Positions 1 to 9,054 of a stretch of DNA of 64,000 nt are shown one piece after another (the stretch's first letter is position 1; every line of letters begins with the position of its first letter). This DNA is from Escherichia phage vB_EcoM_H12. Made by a program: the position numbers and the translations under genes. Below the pieces are notes generated by a model. It did no database searches. It had not been told where the DNA came from and saw only the letters and a program-made list of their open reading frames with translations. The stretch lies in sequence record PP952733.1. One strand, 5' to 3'.

Positions 1-1100
1 GCCCCCTTAACATTCTCTTAACAATTTCTTAACAATCCCTACATAGTTATGCTTGTTAGAGACTTGTTAGCCCCTTGTTAAATCTCTGTTAAGACCACGT
101 AAAAGCCTTGTAAGAGCCTTTAGCATAGCCTTTAAAGCCCCTGTAAAGCCCTATAAAGAGCTTTCTACATAGTTGGGGTGTAATTACTAGGAAGAGACTA
201 AAAAGAGCTTATAAGGAGCTATAAAGGGCTTTTAAGAGGGCTATTTAAAAAGTCACTAAGAGGGAAAGGGAACGATAAGAAAAGAGATAGTGACCATGTT
301 AATAGCTTGTTAAAAAGATTAAACACTTGTTAGGAACTTGTTAATTATCTTAACAAAATAACTCTTTAAAATTAACTTGTTAGCTCTTGTTAGTCATCTG
401 TTAAGACTCTGTAAAGCCTATGTATCAACTGTTGAGACTCTGTTACAGCCTTGTTAGTTCTGTTAAGAATCTGTTAAGACCTCTGAAGAGATGTTAAGAG
501 GATGTAGTAGCTGTTAAGAGATTGTTAAGGATATTTTAAAATTTTGCAAAGGGATGGTAAGGGAGCTGTTAAGGGCTACCAAGCAGATATACATCTTTTA
601 CAGATATTTTTCAGTTCCTTCAAAGACCCTAAAAAATGACTTGATAGTCCTATTTTATAAAAATTTTAAAATTCTGAATAATTACCTAAACAGTCTTCTA
701 AAAATACAGGCATAAACAGGCTTATAAGATACCTTGTTAGTACCGTGTTAGACCTTGTGAGATAAGGTCTGTAAAGATATTCCTGTTAAGTTTGTTAAAA
801 CAGTCTATATAGAGGCTTAGTAATACCTAGTGAACACCTATAGAGGGTAACATAGCTGACATAGAGATTAAGAGGTGTATAGGAGCTTCTAAGAGGGTAT
901 AGAGGTATGGTTAAGGTGATTGTATAGGTTGTTAAGAGGGCTTGTTAGAAGGTTTATTAGAAGGCTATTTAGAAGGTTTATACAGAGGGGCTATTAAGAC
1001 CACTAGATAGTTACTAAGATACTATATAGTACTATATAACTATATAGAGAGTAAGATTAAGAAGGTTGTTAAGAAGGGTAGATATTTTATTCACATATGA
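1..1100. repeat. Non-coding array of about 30 short direct repeats (consensus YTGTTARR, often CTGTTAAGA or CTTGTTAG), plus TAAGAGG-like motifs
   Basis: Repeat copies counted by eye, nearly all in plus orientation, several at 10-12 bp spacing (e.g. 375/386/398 and 461/471/483); two inverted copies (TTAACAA) near position 20; no ORF of 60 aa or more in the track for 1-1180. Confidence 0.7.
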
Positions 1101-1180
1101 TGGTGACCCAGAGGTTGGGACAACCGATAAAATTTTATAAAAATTAAAAAGCCCCCAATTAAGGAGGCTCTTAAGATATT

Positions 1181-1774
1181 TTAAATCAGTGTTTCCAGAA
1201 CTGTTTTCAATGATGACTTGGTTGTCTGATAAAAATGAGTAAATCCATTGTTGTTATCAAATACCTGCATCATGATGTCATCTCCCTTGATTGGGTACAC
1301 TCGGATATCATAGTGAAAACCATTAAAGACACAAGAACCACTACAGAATGCTCTAAAGTCATCCACTGAGATATACTCTTCATGTCCTGTGATTTTTATA
1401 CAAACACCTTTACTCGGTCTCTTAGGGTTGATATCTTCCATCACAGACATACTCTGTCCACCAAGAGATACCATAGTGACCACTTTACGGTTCTTCTGTT
1501 TAAAGTACATCTTAACTTTCTGCAAAGTGTCTTCATAGAACGGATAAGACTTCTCTACAAAGACTCCTTCAAGTGGGTCTTTACCATTTTGAACCTCTCT
1601 GTAACCCCGTACTGCAAAGATAATTTGTTCTAACCTATTAAGGCTTTCTTCGTAGAGTGCTCCACGAATATCATTCCAGTCAAGGACTAGGTAGTTACCT
1701 TCAACTTCTTTTAAGTTATCTTTTTCCATAACTATCACACCATTATCGTAAGACTTGGTAATCTGGGACTGCAA
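1181..1774 (-). CDS. hypothetical protein (197 aa)
   Basis: ORF in track; first gene of a leftward co-oriented block; no motif recognised. Confidence 0.5.
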   Translation of the reverse strand: MQSQITKSYDNGVIVMEKDNLKEVEGNYLVLDWNDIRGALYEESLNRLEQIIFAVRGYREVQNGKDPLEGVFVEKSYPFYEDTLQKVKMYFKQKNRKVVTMVSLGGQSMSVMEDINPKRPSKGVCIKITGHEEYISVDDFRAFCSGSCVFNGFHYDIRVYPIKGDDIMMQVFDNNNGFTHFYQTTKSSLKTVLETLI

Positions 1775-2207
1775 ACTTGTTGTCTTTGTTTTTAATGAGG
1801 TCTTCTTTTGTTACAAAGAATGTAAGCCCACATAAGTGTGTATGGTGGCTATCATACTCAAATACTTTAAGTAAGTATTCACCGTCATCATAAACATGCT
1901 CTACTACACCTTTTGCAACAACCTTTCCAGTCTTGAAATCTTTAAGTGGATATACATTACCAACTTTAGGAACTGTTTTCATCTCAGGTTCTTTTAGCTT
2001 CTCACCAGCTTCTACATCACCTAGTAAGTGAGAACTCTCAAACGCTACATATTGCATATAAGCTTCTGAGCATTCCCAGATAAAACAATGTACAAGAGCC
2101 TTAGCAGCATGTCTTGAACAATTCAACTTATCGCAAATCTCTTTGTACATTTCATCTTTAGTTGAGTTGTCGAGCATTGCTTTTCGAACTGTTTCTTTAA
2201 CTTTCAT
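1743..2207 (-). CDS. hypothetical protein (154 aa)
   Basis: ORF in track, short overlap with neighbours typical of phage operons. Confidence 0.5.
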   Translation of the reverse strand: MKVKETVRKAMLDNSTKDEMYKEICDKLNCSRHAAKALVHCFIWECSEAYMQYVAFESSHLLGDVEAGEKLKEPEMKTVPKVGNVYPLKDFKTGKVVAKGVVEHVYDDGEYLLKVFEYDSHHTHLCGLTFFVTKEDLIKNKDNKFAVPDYQVLR

Positions 2208-2625
2208 AAGCTCTCCGAATAACCCTATTAAGCATCTCTAAAGTCAGCTTTCCAGATTCTAAATGTGGCATAATGAGCTTTAAAGCTTCTTCAACATCAT
2301 GCACGACATCTATTATACCTTCTTCATAGGCTTCTACAAGGATATCTTTTACGTTTTGTGGGTTAACTTTTTGCGGTATCACTAGACGCATATCAAACTC
2401 ATTTGCTTGAGGATGGTTCTTACCTTGCCAATAACCGTCTTTGTTAAAGCTGATGTAGTCACCATGATAAAAGTGTATACCATTAGCTTTAAACTTTTCC
2501 AGCACAAGGCATTGAATGGGGTATTCAGTATTCCAATCCCTAACTCCTATAGCCTTCACTGTTGCGATATACTTCTGTGTTTTTGCATCTACGATGTCAA
2601 GTTCTTGACCAGCAATGATTTGCAT
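2197..2625 (-). CDS. hypothetical protein (142 aa)
   Basis: ORF in track; no motif recognised. Confidence 0.5.
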   Translation of the reverse strand: MQIIAGQELDIVDAKTQKYIATVKAIGVRDWNTEYPIQCLVLEKFKANGIHFYHGDYISFNKDGYWQGKNHPQANEFDMRLVIPQKVNPQNVKDILVEAYEEGIIDVVHDVEEALKLIMPHLESGKLTLEMLNRVIRRAYES

Positions 2626-2679
2626 ATTCGCTACCTTCTAAGTTTCTACAAAGGGGCTATCAAGTAACCCCTCAAGTTA

Positions 2680-2904
2680 CTACTCAGACTTTTCAGTCTT
2701 CTTATCGGATTTCTTACTAGTCTTCTTCTCAGCTTTCTGCTCAGGTTCCTTCTCAGAAGTTGCCTTGATAACCATATCAAGAAGCTCTGATAAGTCACTC
2801 TTCAGCAGAGTAACAGGCTGCTCATTGTAGAAGTTTTTGTCAAGATAAACTTTGAACTCTTCAATAGAAGGAAATCCAAAAATTGGTACAGGTGTCTTAA
2901 TCAT
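2680..2904 (-). CDS. hypothetical protein (74 aa), lysine-rich C-terminus
   Basis: ORF in track; C-terminal KAEKKTSKKSDKKTEKSE tail. Confidence 0.4.
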   Translation of the reverse strand: MIKTPVPIFGFPSIEEFKVYLDKNFYNEQPVTLLKSDLSELLDMVIKATSEKEPEQKAEKKTSKKSDKKTEKSE

Positions 2905-2980
2905 TACTTAGTTTCTCCATAGGCATCTTTTAAGATTGCCTTGTTAATCATTTCAGCGATTGCAAAACGAACACATACAG

Positions 2981-3484
2981 CTATAATTGTAGGTTGCATT
3001 CTTTACTTACCTCTTCAAGTTTAACCTCAGAGTCCTTAAGTCGTTTCTTATGAACTCTGAATCTCATTAGTGCGATGATGATACCAACTAAAGGAACAGC
3101 ATACAAGTACCAAACATCATACCCCTTTGCAGTAATCTGTGTAATGGTCAAGTCTTGAGCTATGGAACTGATTGCTGATACTGCCAGTAATGTTGCTAAG
3201 AAAAATGCCAGTACCATTACCGTACTTAAACAACCTCTGGCATGGTGTTCATGCTTAATGCACTTATTCTTTTCGTCAACAACCCTGTTATAGTCGTTTG
3301 TAAAGTCTCTGTAGAAAGCTTTCAAGTATTCTTTATTGTATCCTTCAAAGCAACCTGTACCGTACCAATAATCACCACCAAAATGTGCTATGATACCAGT
3401 GTCCCCATTCGGTTTAGTTACTCTCAAAGAGGTGTGATGACGAGTGTCTTGATAATCTATTTTGTATCTTTCTTCGTAAATCAT
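2981..3484 (-). CDS. putative membrane protein (167 aa)
   Basis: Two hydrophobic helices (VMVLAFFLATLLAVSAISSIA and AVPLVGIIIALMRF) in translation. Confidence 0.5.
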   Translation of the reverse strand: MIYEERYKIDYQDTRHHTSLRVTKPNGDTGIIAHFGGDYWYGTGCFEGYNKEYLKAFYRDFTNDYNRVVDEKNKCIKHEHHARGCLSTVMVLAFFLATLLAVSAISSIAQDLTITQITAKGYDVWYLYAVPLVGIIIALMRFRVHKKRLKDSEVKLEEVSKECNLQL

Positions 3485-3699
3485 TTTCTAATCCCTCTCA
3501 ATCGTTTGTTCCACTCAAGGTCAACAAGTCTTTGTAGGACTTTCCCTCTAGGTGTTACACCTCTTAAGTCTGCATCGTAACAATGGTAAAAGTCACCTTC
3601 AGCGTATCTACCATAGCATTTTCTGATATTCTGACTCCTACGATACTGCTCTAACAGGGACAGTTTGTAGTAATCTTCAACTGTAGTTAGTTTTTTCAT
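3481..3699 (-). CDS. hypothetical protein (72 aa)
   Basis: ORF in track, start overlaps stop of upstream gene. Confidence 0.4.
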   Translation of the reverse strand: MKKLTTVEDYYKLSLLEQYRRSQNIRKCYGRYAEGDFYHCYDADLRGVTPRGKVLQRLVDLEWNKRLRGIRK

Positions 3700-3782
3700 T
3701 CTTTCACCACGTATCTTCTCAAGAAAATAAAAAGGGAACTACCTCTCGATAGCTCCCATCATAGTTAATACTGCATATTTGG

Positions 3783-4364
3783 TCAAGAGTATTTTTTAGG
3801 CAGTAATGCACTGCGCTTGTTACTCTCTTCACTCAATAGTGCGATAAATTCATCACCTTTCCCTTTCCACGGACTGAATGTAGGGATGTGCTCTCGGATA
3901 GCCTCAATCACTGTTTTCAGGGCGTTGTTCTTTAACCACCAATCAGATACTGCCGAAGCTACAATGTAGTAAGCACCATCATCTGTGAAGATTGGCTCAG
4001 AGATACATGGTGAAATCATAGTGGTAATGATAGAACCATTATTCATGTAGTATGTTCTTTTTTCAACCTTGTCAAGCAGTTTATGAAGGTCTGCAAAGAG
4101 ACTTACCACCTCTTTATGGTCAATATCTTTTTCAAGATTTGCCCTGTATTTCAATAGTGCAGCATCAACCTCTTTATCATTGAATTTGAAGTATTGAACT
4201 TCTTCATTCACACATACACTGATGTTGTTGGTGTTTATCGTCAATTTGCACAGTTTGACTGGAGAGTTAATGTTGGTCTGAAAAAGTGCTACACAGCCTT
4301 CTACATTCCCGAAATGTTTGACTAATGTAACTTCTGGTTGGATGTGCTCATGTTCTTCTGACAT
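3783..4364 (-). CDS. hypothetical protein (193 aa)
   Basis: ORF in track. Confidence 0.5.
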   Translation of the reverse strand: MSEEHEHIQPEVTLVKHFGNVEGCVALFQTNINSPVKLCKLTINTNNISVCVNEEVQYFKFNDKEVDAALLKYRANLEKDIDHKEVVSLFADLHKLLDKVEKRTYYMNNGSIITTMISPCISEPIFTDDGAYYIVASAVSDWWLKNNALKTVIEAIREHIPTFSPWKGKGDEFIALLSEESNKRSALLPKKYS

Positions 4365-4708
4365 TATAGTTTCCTCATTAAATACTTTTTAAGTTGTGTG
4401 TTAGGTTTCTCAAAAACTTCTATAGAAGATATCTTGACAGACTCACCACGCATACCTGTATGTTTAAATATGTAATACTCTAACATCCCTATGTACTTTG
4501 CTGGTAAGTCATGTTTGACATAGACTGTTACAGAATCTTCAAATTCAACAACCTTTGTACCATCCTTGTAGTTAAACTCTTTAGGATGGTTGTAGTTGTC
4601 GATGTCGTACATTAAAAAGAGTCTTTTCCGTTGCATGTCAAGCTTATTGGTTAAAGATTCTTTGATATCTGAGAAGTTTTTATATACTATGACATGGAGC
4701 TTACTCAT
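4364..4708 (-). CDS. hypothetical protein (114 aa)
   Basis: ORF in track, abuts upstream gene. Confidence 0.5.
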   Translation of the reverse strand: MSKLHVIVYKNFSDIKESLTNKLDMQRKRLFLMYDIDNYNHPKEFNYKDGTKVVEFEDSVTVYVKHDLPAKYIGMLEYYIFKHTGMRGESVKISSIEVFEKPNTQLKKYLMRKL

Positions 4709-4994
4709 CGTTAAACTCTCTGACGAAGAAATAGTTGACTTTGTTATTACCTACCATAAGGTCAAAGCAGGTGTTCTCAAAAGGTTTATTGTAGGCATCA
4801 TAGGAAGTGTACGTATCAGCTACTTGTTTAGTATTGAGCTTTTTACTTGATGGATTTAAGAGGCCACCATACAGTTTCTTGATAGCCTCTTCTACAACAG
4901 ACCAGATAATTTCGTCAGTAATTTCTTCGTACAGGTCAAGTTCACGCTCTAGTGAGAAGTCACAAATAGGGAAGATAACCTGTACTTTGCTCAT
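4701..4994 (-). CDS. hypothetical protein (97 aa)
   Basis: ORF in track. Confidence 0.45.
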   Translation of the reverse strand: MSKVQVIFPICDFSLERELDLYEEITDEIIWSVVEEAIKKLYGGLLNPSSKKLNTKQVADTYTSYDAYNKPFENTCFDLMVGNNKVNYFFVREFNDE

Positions 4995-5389
4995 TAACGA
5001 ATAACCTGTGTGACTTGAATTGCTTCAGTTACGGACAAATCACCAACTTTCTCTTCTTTGATGAAAGTAAAGGTGAGTTCAACAGGTTCTTGCTCTTCTT
5101 GCTCAACTGGAATACCGTTAAGCTCATCAAAGATTGATTGGGTAGTCCAGTCTTCTCCACCATCTGGATAGTGGATGGCATAAAGAGGAAACTCTAAATT
5201 ATACCAAGCAAAAACAGGACAACCGTCTGCATCATCTCGGCATCTGTGGAGGTACGTATTTGTACCTTCAAAATGCAAATGAAGATTGCCATTCTTCTCA
5301 AATAGAAGAGCATCTCGCAGGTCTAGTTCCTCATTTTCGCTGTAACGACTGACATCAACTTTAACGTGGATATGACTGTTATTATTCAT
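4994..5389 (-). CDS. hypothetical acidic protein (131 aa)
   Basis: ORF in track; Glu/Asp-rich segments. Confidence 0.5.
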   Translation of the reverse strand: MNNNSHIHVKVDVSRYSENEELDLRDALLFEKNGNLHLHFEGTNTYLHRCRDDADGCPVFAWYNLEFPLYAIHYPDGGEDWTTQSIFDELNGIPVEQEEQEPVELTFTFIKEEKVGDLSVTEAIQVTQVIR

Positions 5390-5780
5390 AAAAACCTCTC
5401 TCTGCTTGTTCGATTTTTGCTCTTAAAGTTTCGCAATGCTGTAAATGGTAGTTAGCTTCTTGTTCATGTGTTGCTAACTGCCTTTCAAGAACAGTTTTAT
5501 AGTAACCTGCAAGTTGCTCTTTTGTCAATGGGTGCTCTGAAATAATATCAAGTCCACTTTCACCAAGAGGATTGAATTGTCCATGCTCATTGACATTGTA
5601 AGTCTCAAACTTGAACATACCATTGTTCACAGACTCAATAGGTGACAGTTCAACAAGCTCTACAGTAAACCGTGTATACACCTTGTCGCCTCTTGAAACT
5701 ACATTGTTTCCAATGATGCGTACAAGCGAACCATTACGAGTGTATTTAAAAGTCCCAAAATCACTAGCCCAAAGCTTCAT
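5382..5780 (-). CDS. hypothetical protein (132 aa)
   Basis: ORF in track; AAGGAG-like RBS upstream of start on minus strand. Confidence 0.5.
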   Translation of the reverse strand: MKLWASDFGTFKYTRNGSLVRIIGNNVVSRGDKVYTRFTVELVELSPIESVNNGMFKFETYNVNEHGQFNPLGESGLDIISEHPLTKEQLAGYYKTVLERQLATHEQEANYHLQHCETLRAKIEQAERGFYE

Positions 5781-5791
5781 AGTTTTCTCCT

Positions 5792-5821
5792 TAGAAAATA
5801 AAAAAGGCTCCCGAAGGAGCC
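5792..5821 (-). terminator. Rho-independent terminator-like hairpin downstream of endolysin gene
   Basis: GGCTCC-CGAA-GGAGCC stem-loop (5806-5821) followed on the minus strand by a T-run (plus-strand AAAATAAAAAA). Confidence 0.5.
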
Positions 5822-5831
5822 TATGAAGATA

Positions 5832-6296
5832 TTACTTTGGATATACACTGTCAAGATAAATGTCAGCTTCCATTCTACGTCTGTTTTTCAAGCCGTTTGA
5901 AGTGACCTTCTTACCTTTGACTGTAATCTTGTTCCACCACTGCATAGCTTCTGCACAACCTACCTTATTACCAGCATTGTGGCGCTTGATAAATGTAGAG
6001 TCCTGCATAGCTGTGATACCAATGTTATATGTTTCACTTACAAGTGCATCGAACTCATTCTGAGAAGTTGGAGCCTTGATAGCTTTGTTCACTGCTGCAA
6101 CAAACTTTTCAACATCTGCGAGAAGATACTGTTCAGCTTGTTCAGCCGTGATTTTCATACCCATCTTAACAGGTTTACCAGAAATACTGGTTGTCCCATA
6201 CCCAATTGTTGGGATTCCAGCAGAGTCTTCGTAAGCCTCTAACTTAAGACCCTCAAAGAACTTAATGGCTTCTAAACCTTTTCTTGAGAGTTGCAT
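5832..6296 (-). CDS. endolysin, GH24 (T4/lambda-type) lysozyme family
   Basis: N-terminal motif LEAIKFFEGLKLEAYEDSAGIPTIGYGTT matches the catalytic Glu / TIGYG signature of phage lysozymes. Confidence 0.8.
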   Translation of the reverse strand: MQLSRKGLEAIKFFEGLKLEAYEDSAGIPTIGYGTTSISGKPVKMGMKITAEQAEQYLLADVEKFVAAVNKAIKAPTSQNEFDALVSETYNIGITAMQDSTFIKRHNAGNKVGCAEAMQWWNKITVKGKKVTSNGLKNRRRMEADIYLDSVYPK

Positions 6297-7429
6297 TATT
6301 CACCTCCTGCTGGATTAACTGTAACTGTTGCCGCATTAGATGTTACCGAACCACCTGCGCCAGTTACTACACAAGTGTAGCTTCCTGCATCAGCAGCGGT
6401 TGCACCTTCTTTGGTGTAAGTTGCAGTAGTTGCGTCTGGGATGTTTTCCTCACCCTTCTTCCACTGATAGCCTGTTGCACCTGTTGCCACAACATTCAGC
6501 GTTAAGGTCTCACCTTCAGTGATTTCTTGATTGGTTGGCTGTTGAGTGATTACAGGAAGAGCATTCACAGTTACTGTCGCTGCATTAGATGTGACTGAAC
6601 CACCTGCACCAGTTACAACACAAGTGTAAGAACCTGCATCTGCTGGAAGCGCACCAGTCTTGCTATAGGTAGCATTTGTAGCTGAAGGGATGTTAGAGCC
6701 ATCTTTCTTCCACTGGTAACCTGTTGCACCTGTTGCAGTCACTTCCAAGCTAATGCTTCCACCCTCATTGATGGTCTGGCTAGAAGGTTGCTTGGTAATC
6801 ACTGGTAGAGCATTAACAGTAACTGTTGCCGCATCTGAAGTAACACTTGTCCCAGCCTCTCCAGATACAACACAAGTATATGAACCAGCATCGGCAGGTA
6901 CTACAGATTGTTTTGTGTAAGTTGCAGAAGTGGCACTGGAGATGTCCTCACCATCCTTCTTCCACTGATATCCAGTGGCGTTATTTGCGATAACGTTTAA
7001 GGTCAGTGTGTCACCCTCATTAACCGTTTGGTTTGTTGGTTGCTGAGTAATTGCGGGTGGCTTAATAGCATCCTTCAGCTTAGCATTCAACATTGAGAAC
7101 GGCTTAACCCTCGCCAACCACTCACAATACACTGTATCAACGTCTTTACCATTGATGATTGCATACTGTAAATCCATGAAGAAATCAGCAGTCCTCATCT
7201 GTGCACCAACACTGTAAAGGAGTTCATCACTAAAAGGGACTTTGTAGTCTGGTTTGTAGTCAAACTTCTCAACCTCTGCAATATCAGCTTCAGGCCAATA
7301 TGAGCTATAGGTGAGTGGTAAAATAGCTTCTTGATATGTTCTAAAATCATATCTCTTACCAGCCTTTACATTTGCGATGAAGCCCTTCACAAATTCTTTG
7401 AAGTCTGGGTAAGTCTTTGCTTTAATCAT
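6296..7429 (-). CDS. protein with N-terminal domain plus three tandem Ig-like repeats (377 aa)
   Basis: Three consecutive ~85-aa repeats (ITQQPTNQ...GYQWKKDG...AGSYTCVV...ATVTVN); N-terminal ~120 aa is paralogous to the adjacent 123-aa protein. Confidence 0.6.
   Translation of the reverse strand: MIKAKTYPDFKEFVKGFIANVKAGKRYDFRTYQEAILPLTYSSYWPEADIAEVEKFDYKPDYKVPFSDELLYSVGAQMRTADFFMDLQYAIINGKDVDTVYCEWLARVKPFSMLNAKLKDAIKPPAITQQPTNQTVNEGDTLTLNVIANNATGYQWKKDGEDISSATSATYTKQSVVPADAGSYTCVVSGEAGTSVTSDAATVTVNALPVITKQPSSQTINEGGSISLEVTATGATGYQWKKDGSNIPSATNATYSKTGALPADAGSYTCVVTGAGGSVTSNAATVTVNALPVITQQPTNQEITEGETLTLNVVATGATGYQWKKGEENIPDATTATYTKEGATAADAGSYTCVVTGAGGSVTSNAATVTVNPAGGE
6299..7072 (-). repeat. 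Three tandem ~258-bp coding repeats (Ig-like domain units)
   Basis: Direct repetition visible in the protein and in the nucleotide sequence. Confidence 0.7.
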
Positions 7430-7797
7430 TTCTTTTTAGCCTCTAAACGTGCGTTTAATCTGAAATAGCCTTTATGTTGTGGAGACACATCACTAACAAC
7501 AATACCTTCAACTTTATAACCCTTACCAATTACATACTGGATATCCATAAGAAACGTACCAAGACCAACAATGTGGAACATTGGGTATAGTAACTTATCT
7601 GAATCTGGAAGTTTGATGTCTGGTTTATAGGTAGGTTGCTCGGCAGTTGGTGTAATATCTTCTTCAGGCCATCTACTCATTCTCCATGTTAAAGGTGATG
7701 AAATAACATCGTTAAGATTGTATTTTTCACCATTCTCCACGGAGCGGATATAGGATTGTAGGAAGCAATAAAAGTCTTTTGCACTCTTAGCCTTCAT
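7426..7797 (-). CDS. hypothetical protein (123 aa), paralog of N-terminal domain of the Ig-like repeat protein
   Basis: Shared motifs KDFxxFxxxxIxxVxxGxxY, WPExDI, YKPDxKxPxSDxLLY, FxMDxQYxIxxGxxV with 6296..7429. Confidence 0.55.
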   Translation of the reverse strand: MKAKSAKDFYCFLQSYIRSVENGEKYNLNDVISSPLTWRMSRWPEEDITPTAEQPTYKPDIKLPDSDKLLYPMFHIVGLGTFLMDIQYVIGKGYKVEGIVVSDVSPQHKGYFRLNARLEAKKK

Positions 7798-7844
7798 TAA
7801 ATATCCTTATAAATAGATAAAGGGGCGTTAGCCCCTGTTGACAC

Positions 7845-8435
7845 TTAAGCTTTGGTCTTAAGTAGGTTCTTAAGCTTTTTGAGATTCATGCTCTCGTCAA
7901 ACTTAAAACCAAATCCATTGACATAATCAATGAACTCGGATTTCTTACTAAGTGATAGTGCGTAACTCATATCAAAGTTATTACTTGTTTCTGCGTCTGG
8001 ACTAGAGTTCACATCAAATGAAATTTCTGTAGGTTCTTGTTTGCTGCTTCTCATGTTATCAATCAATAGACAGGTATAGTTTGCTGGATAGAAGTTAACA
8101 CTCCCGTCAACATACCCATACTTATTATTGTGAATGAGGCTGGAAAATACCTTAAGGAATGTTTCTGCGTCGTGGCATACAAGTTTGAATTGACTACATT
8201 CACCAAGAGCCACTAAAGAGTAAGGACTTTCACTATCAATGTCATAATTCGGATTTGATGTTGTAACCGTCACACGCATCAGGTTATTGGCAATAGTCTT
8301 CTGCTTAAAAGAATTTGGAACATAGTGAAGACCTCTGTCACACTGATTAACTAACTCTTTCAATAGGTCGTTTGCATATGGTGAATTAATTGATACAGAG
8401 CCATCACTATTGTAATTAAAACTTACTGTTAACAT
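7845..8435 (-). CDS. hypothetical protein (196 aa)
   Basis: ORF in track. Confidence 0.5.
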   Translation of the reverse strand: MLTVSFNYNSDGSVSINSPYANDLLKELVNQCDRGLHYVPNSFKQKTIANNLMRVTVTTSNPNYDIDSESPYSLVALGECSQFKLVCHDAETFLKVFSSLIHNNKYGYVDGSVNFYPANYTCLLIDNMRSSKQEPTEISFDVNSSPDAETSNNFDMSYALSLSKKSEFIDYVNGFGFKFDESMNLKKLKNLLKTKA

Positions 8436-8662
8436 TTTTCAGTTCTCCTGCGATTTATAATTTTGCTGCAATAGAGAAACGAAGTAAACTCACTGGAAGA
8501 AACCATTAAGTGTTGTTCACTAGATTGAGCCATTGCCCTGAAATACATTCCAGTCAAAGCATCATAGTGACTATTCTTTCCAATTGAGGTTATATAGCCA
8601 TGACTCTTTGCAGTTTGATATAAATCTATAATATCTGCGATTTCTAATTGGGAACTACACAT
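8429..8662 (-). CDS. hypothetical protein (77 aa)
   Basis: ORF in track; GAGG-type RBS upstream on minus strand. Confidence 0.4.
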   Translation of the reverse strand: MCSSQLEIADIIDLYQTAKSHGYITSIGKNSHYDALTGMYFRAMAQSSEQHLMVSSSEFTSFLYCSKIINRRRTEKC

Positions 8663-8805
8663 AGATAATCCTCTTGTCTTCTGTAATTTTGAAAGAACAG
8701 GTACAGACCAATTTCAGAGGATGAATAGTAGAGTAACTCTACCCTTTTTGATTCCTTACAGTGATTGGTATTTTTACCTTTCTTCGGGTTATTTGATTTT
8801 CTCAT
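8644..8805 (-). CDS. small basic protein (about 53 aa; start moved to internal ATG)
   Basis: Internal ATG preceded by AAGGAG; track ORF 8644..8826 starts further upstream. Confidence 0.3.
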   Translation of the reverse strand: MRKSNNPKKGKNTNHCKESKRVELLYYSSSEIGLYLFFQNYRRQEDYLCVVPN

Positions 8806-8903
8806 TAAGTCTCCTTTGTAGAACAAGGCAGACCTACAGCTTTAAGTAAGATGGTACAGTAATCCATACAACAAGTCAAGAACTATTGCAAGTTAAAAAA
8901 GTT

Positions 8904-8928
8904 GTTGACAAAGTACTTGACAAGGTGT
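8904..8928 (+). promoter_or_regulatory. Conserved 25-bp promoter-like element GTTGACAAAGTACTTGACAAGGTGT at divergent junction
   Basis: Two TTGACA boxes 12 bp apart after an A-tract; near-identical copy (one mismatch) at 50936-50960. Confidence 0.55.
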
Positions 8929-9054
8929 AGGCTTATAAATACTTAGAAGATAACTTAAAAGGTTCCTCTAAAAAGGCTATTTAAACAGATATCTTTCTGG
9001 ATATCTATCTTTTATCTTAAAAGCCTTTTAAGAGGTCTTATAAGAGGCATACCA

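Noticed and set aside
1-1100. Possible CRISPR array
   Set aside because: Repeat units are only 8-9 bp, degenerate and not separated by unique spacers of uniform length; no cas genes nearby
8644-8826. Track ORF start at 8826
   Set aside because: The first seven codons would cover the AAGGAG sequence that serves as RBS for an internal ATG; the shorter 53-aa version is preferred, at low confidence
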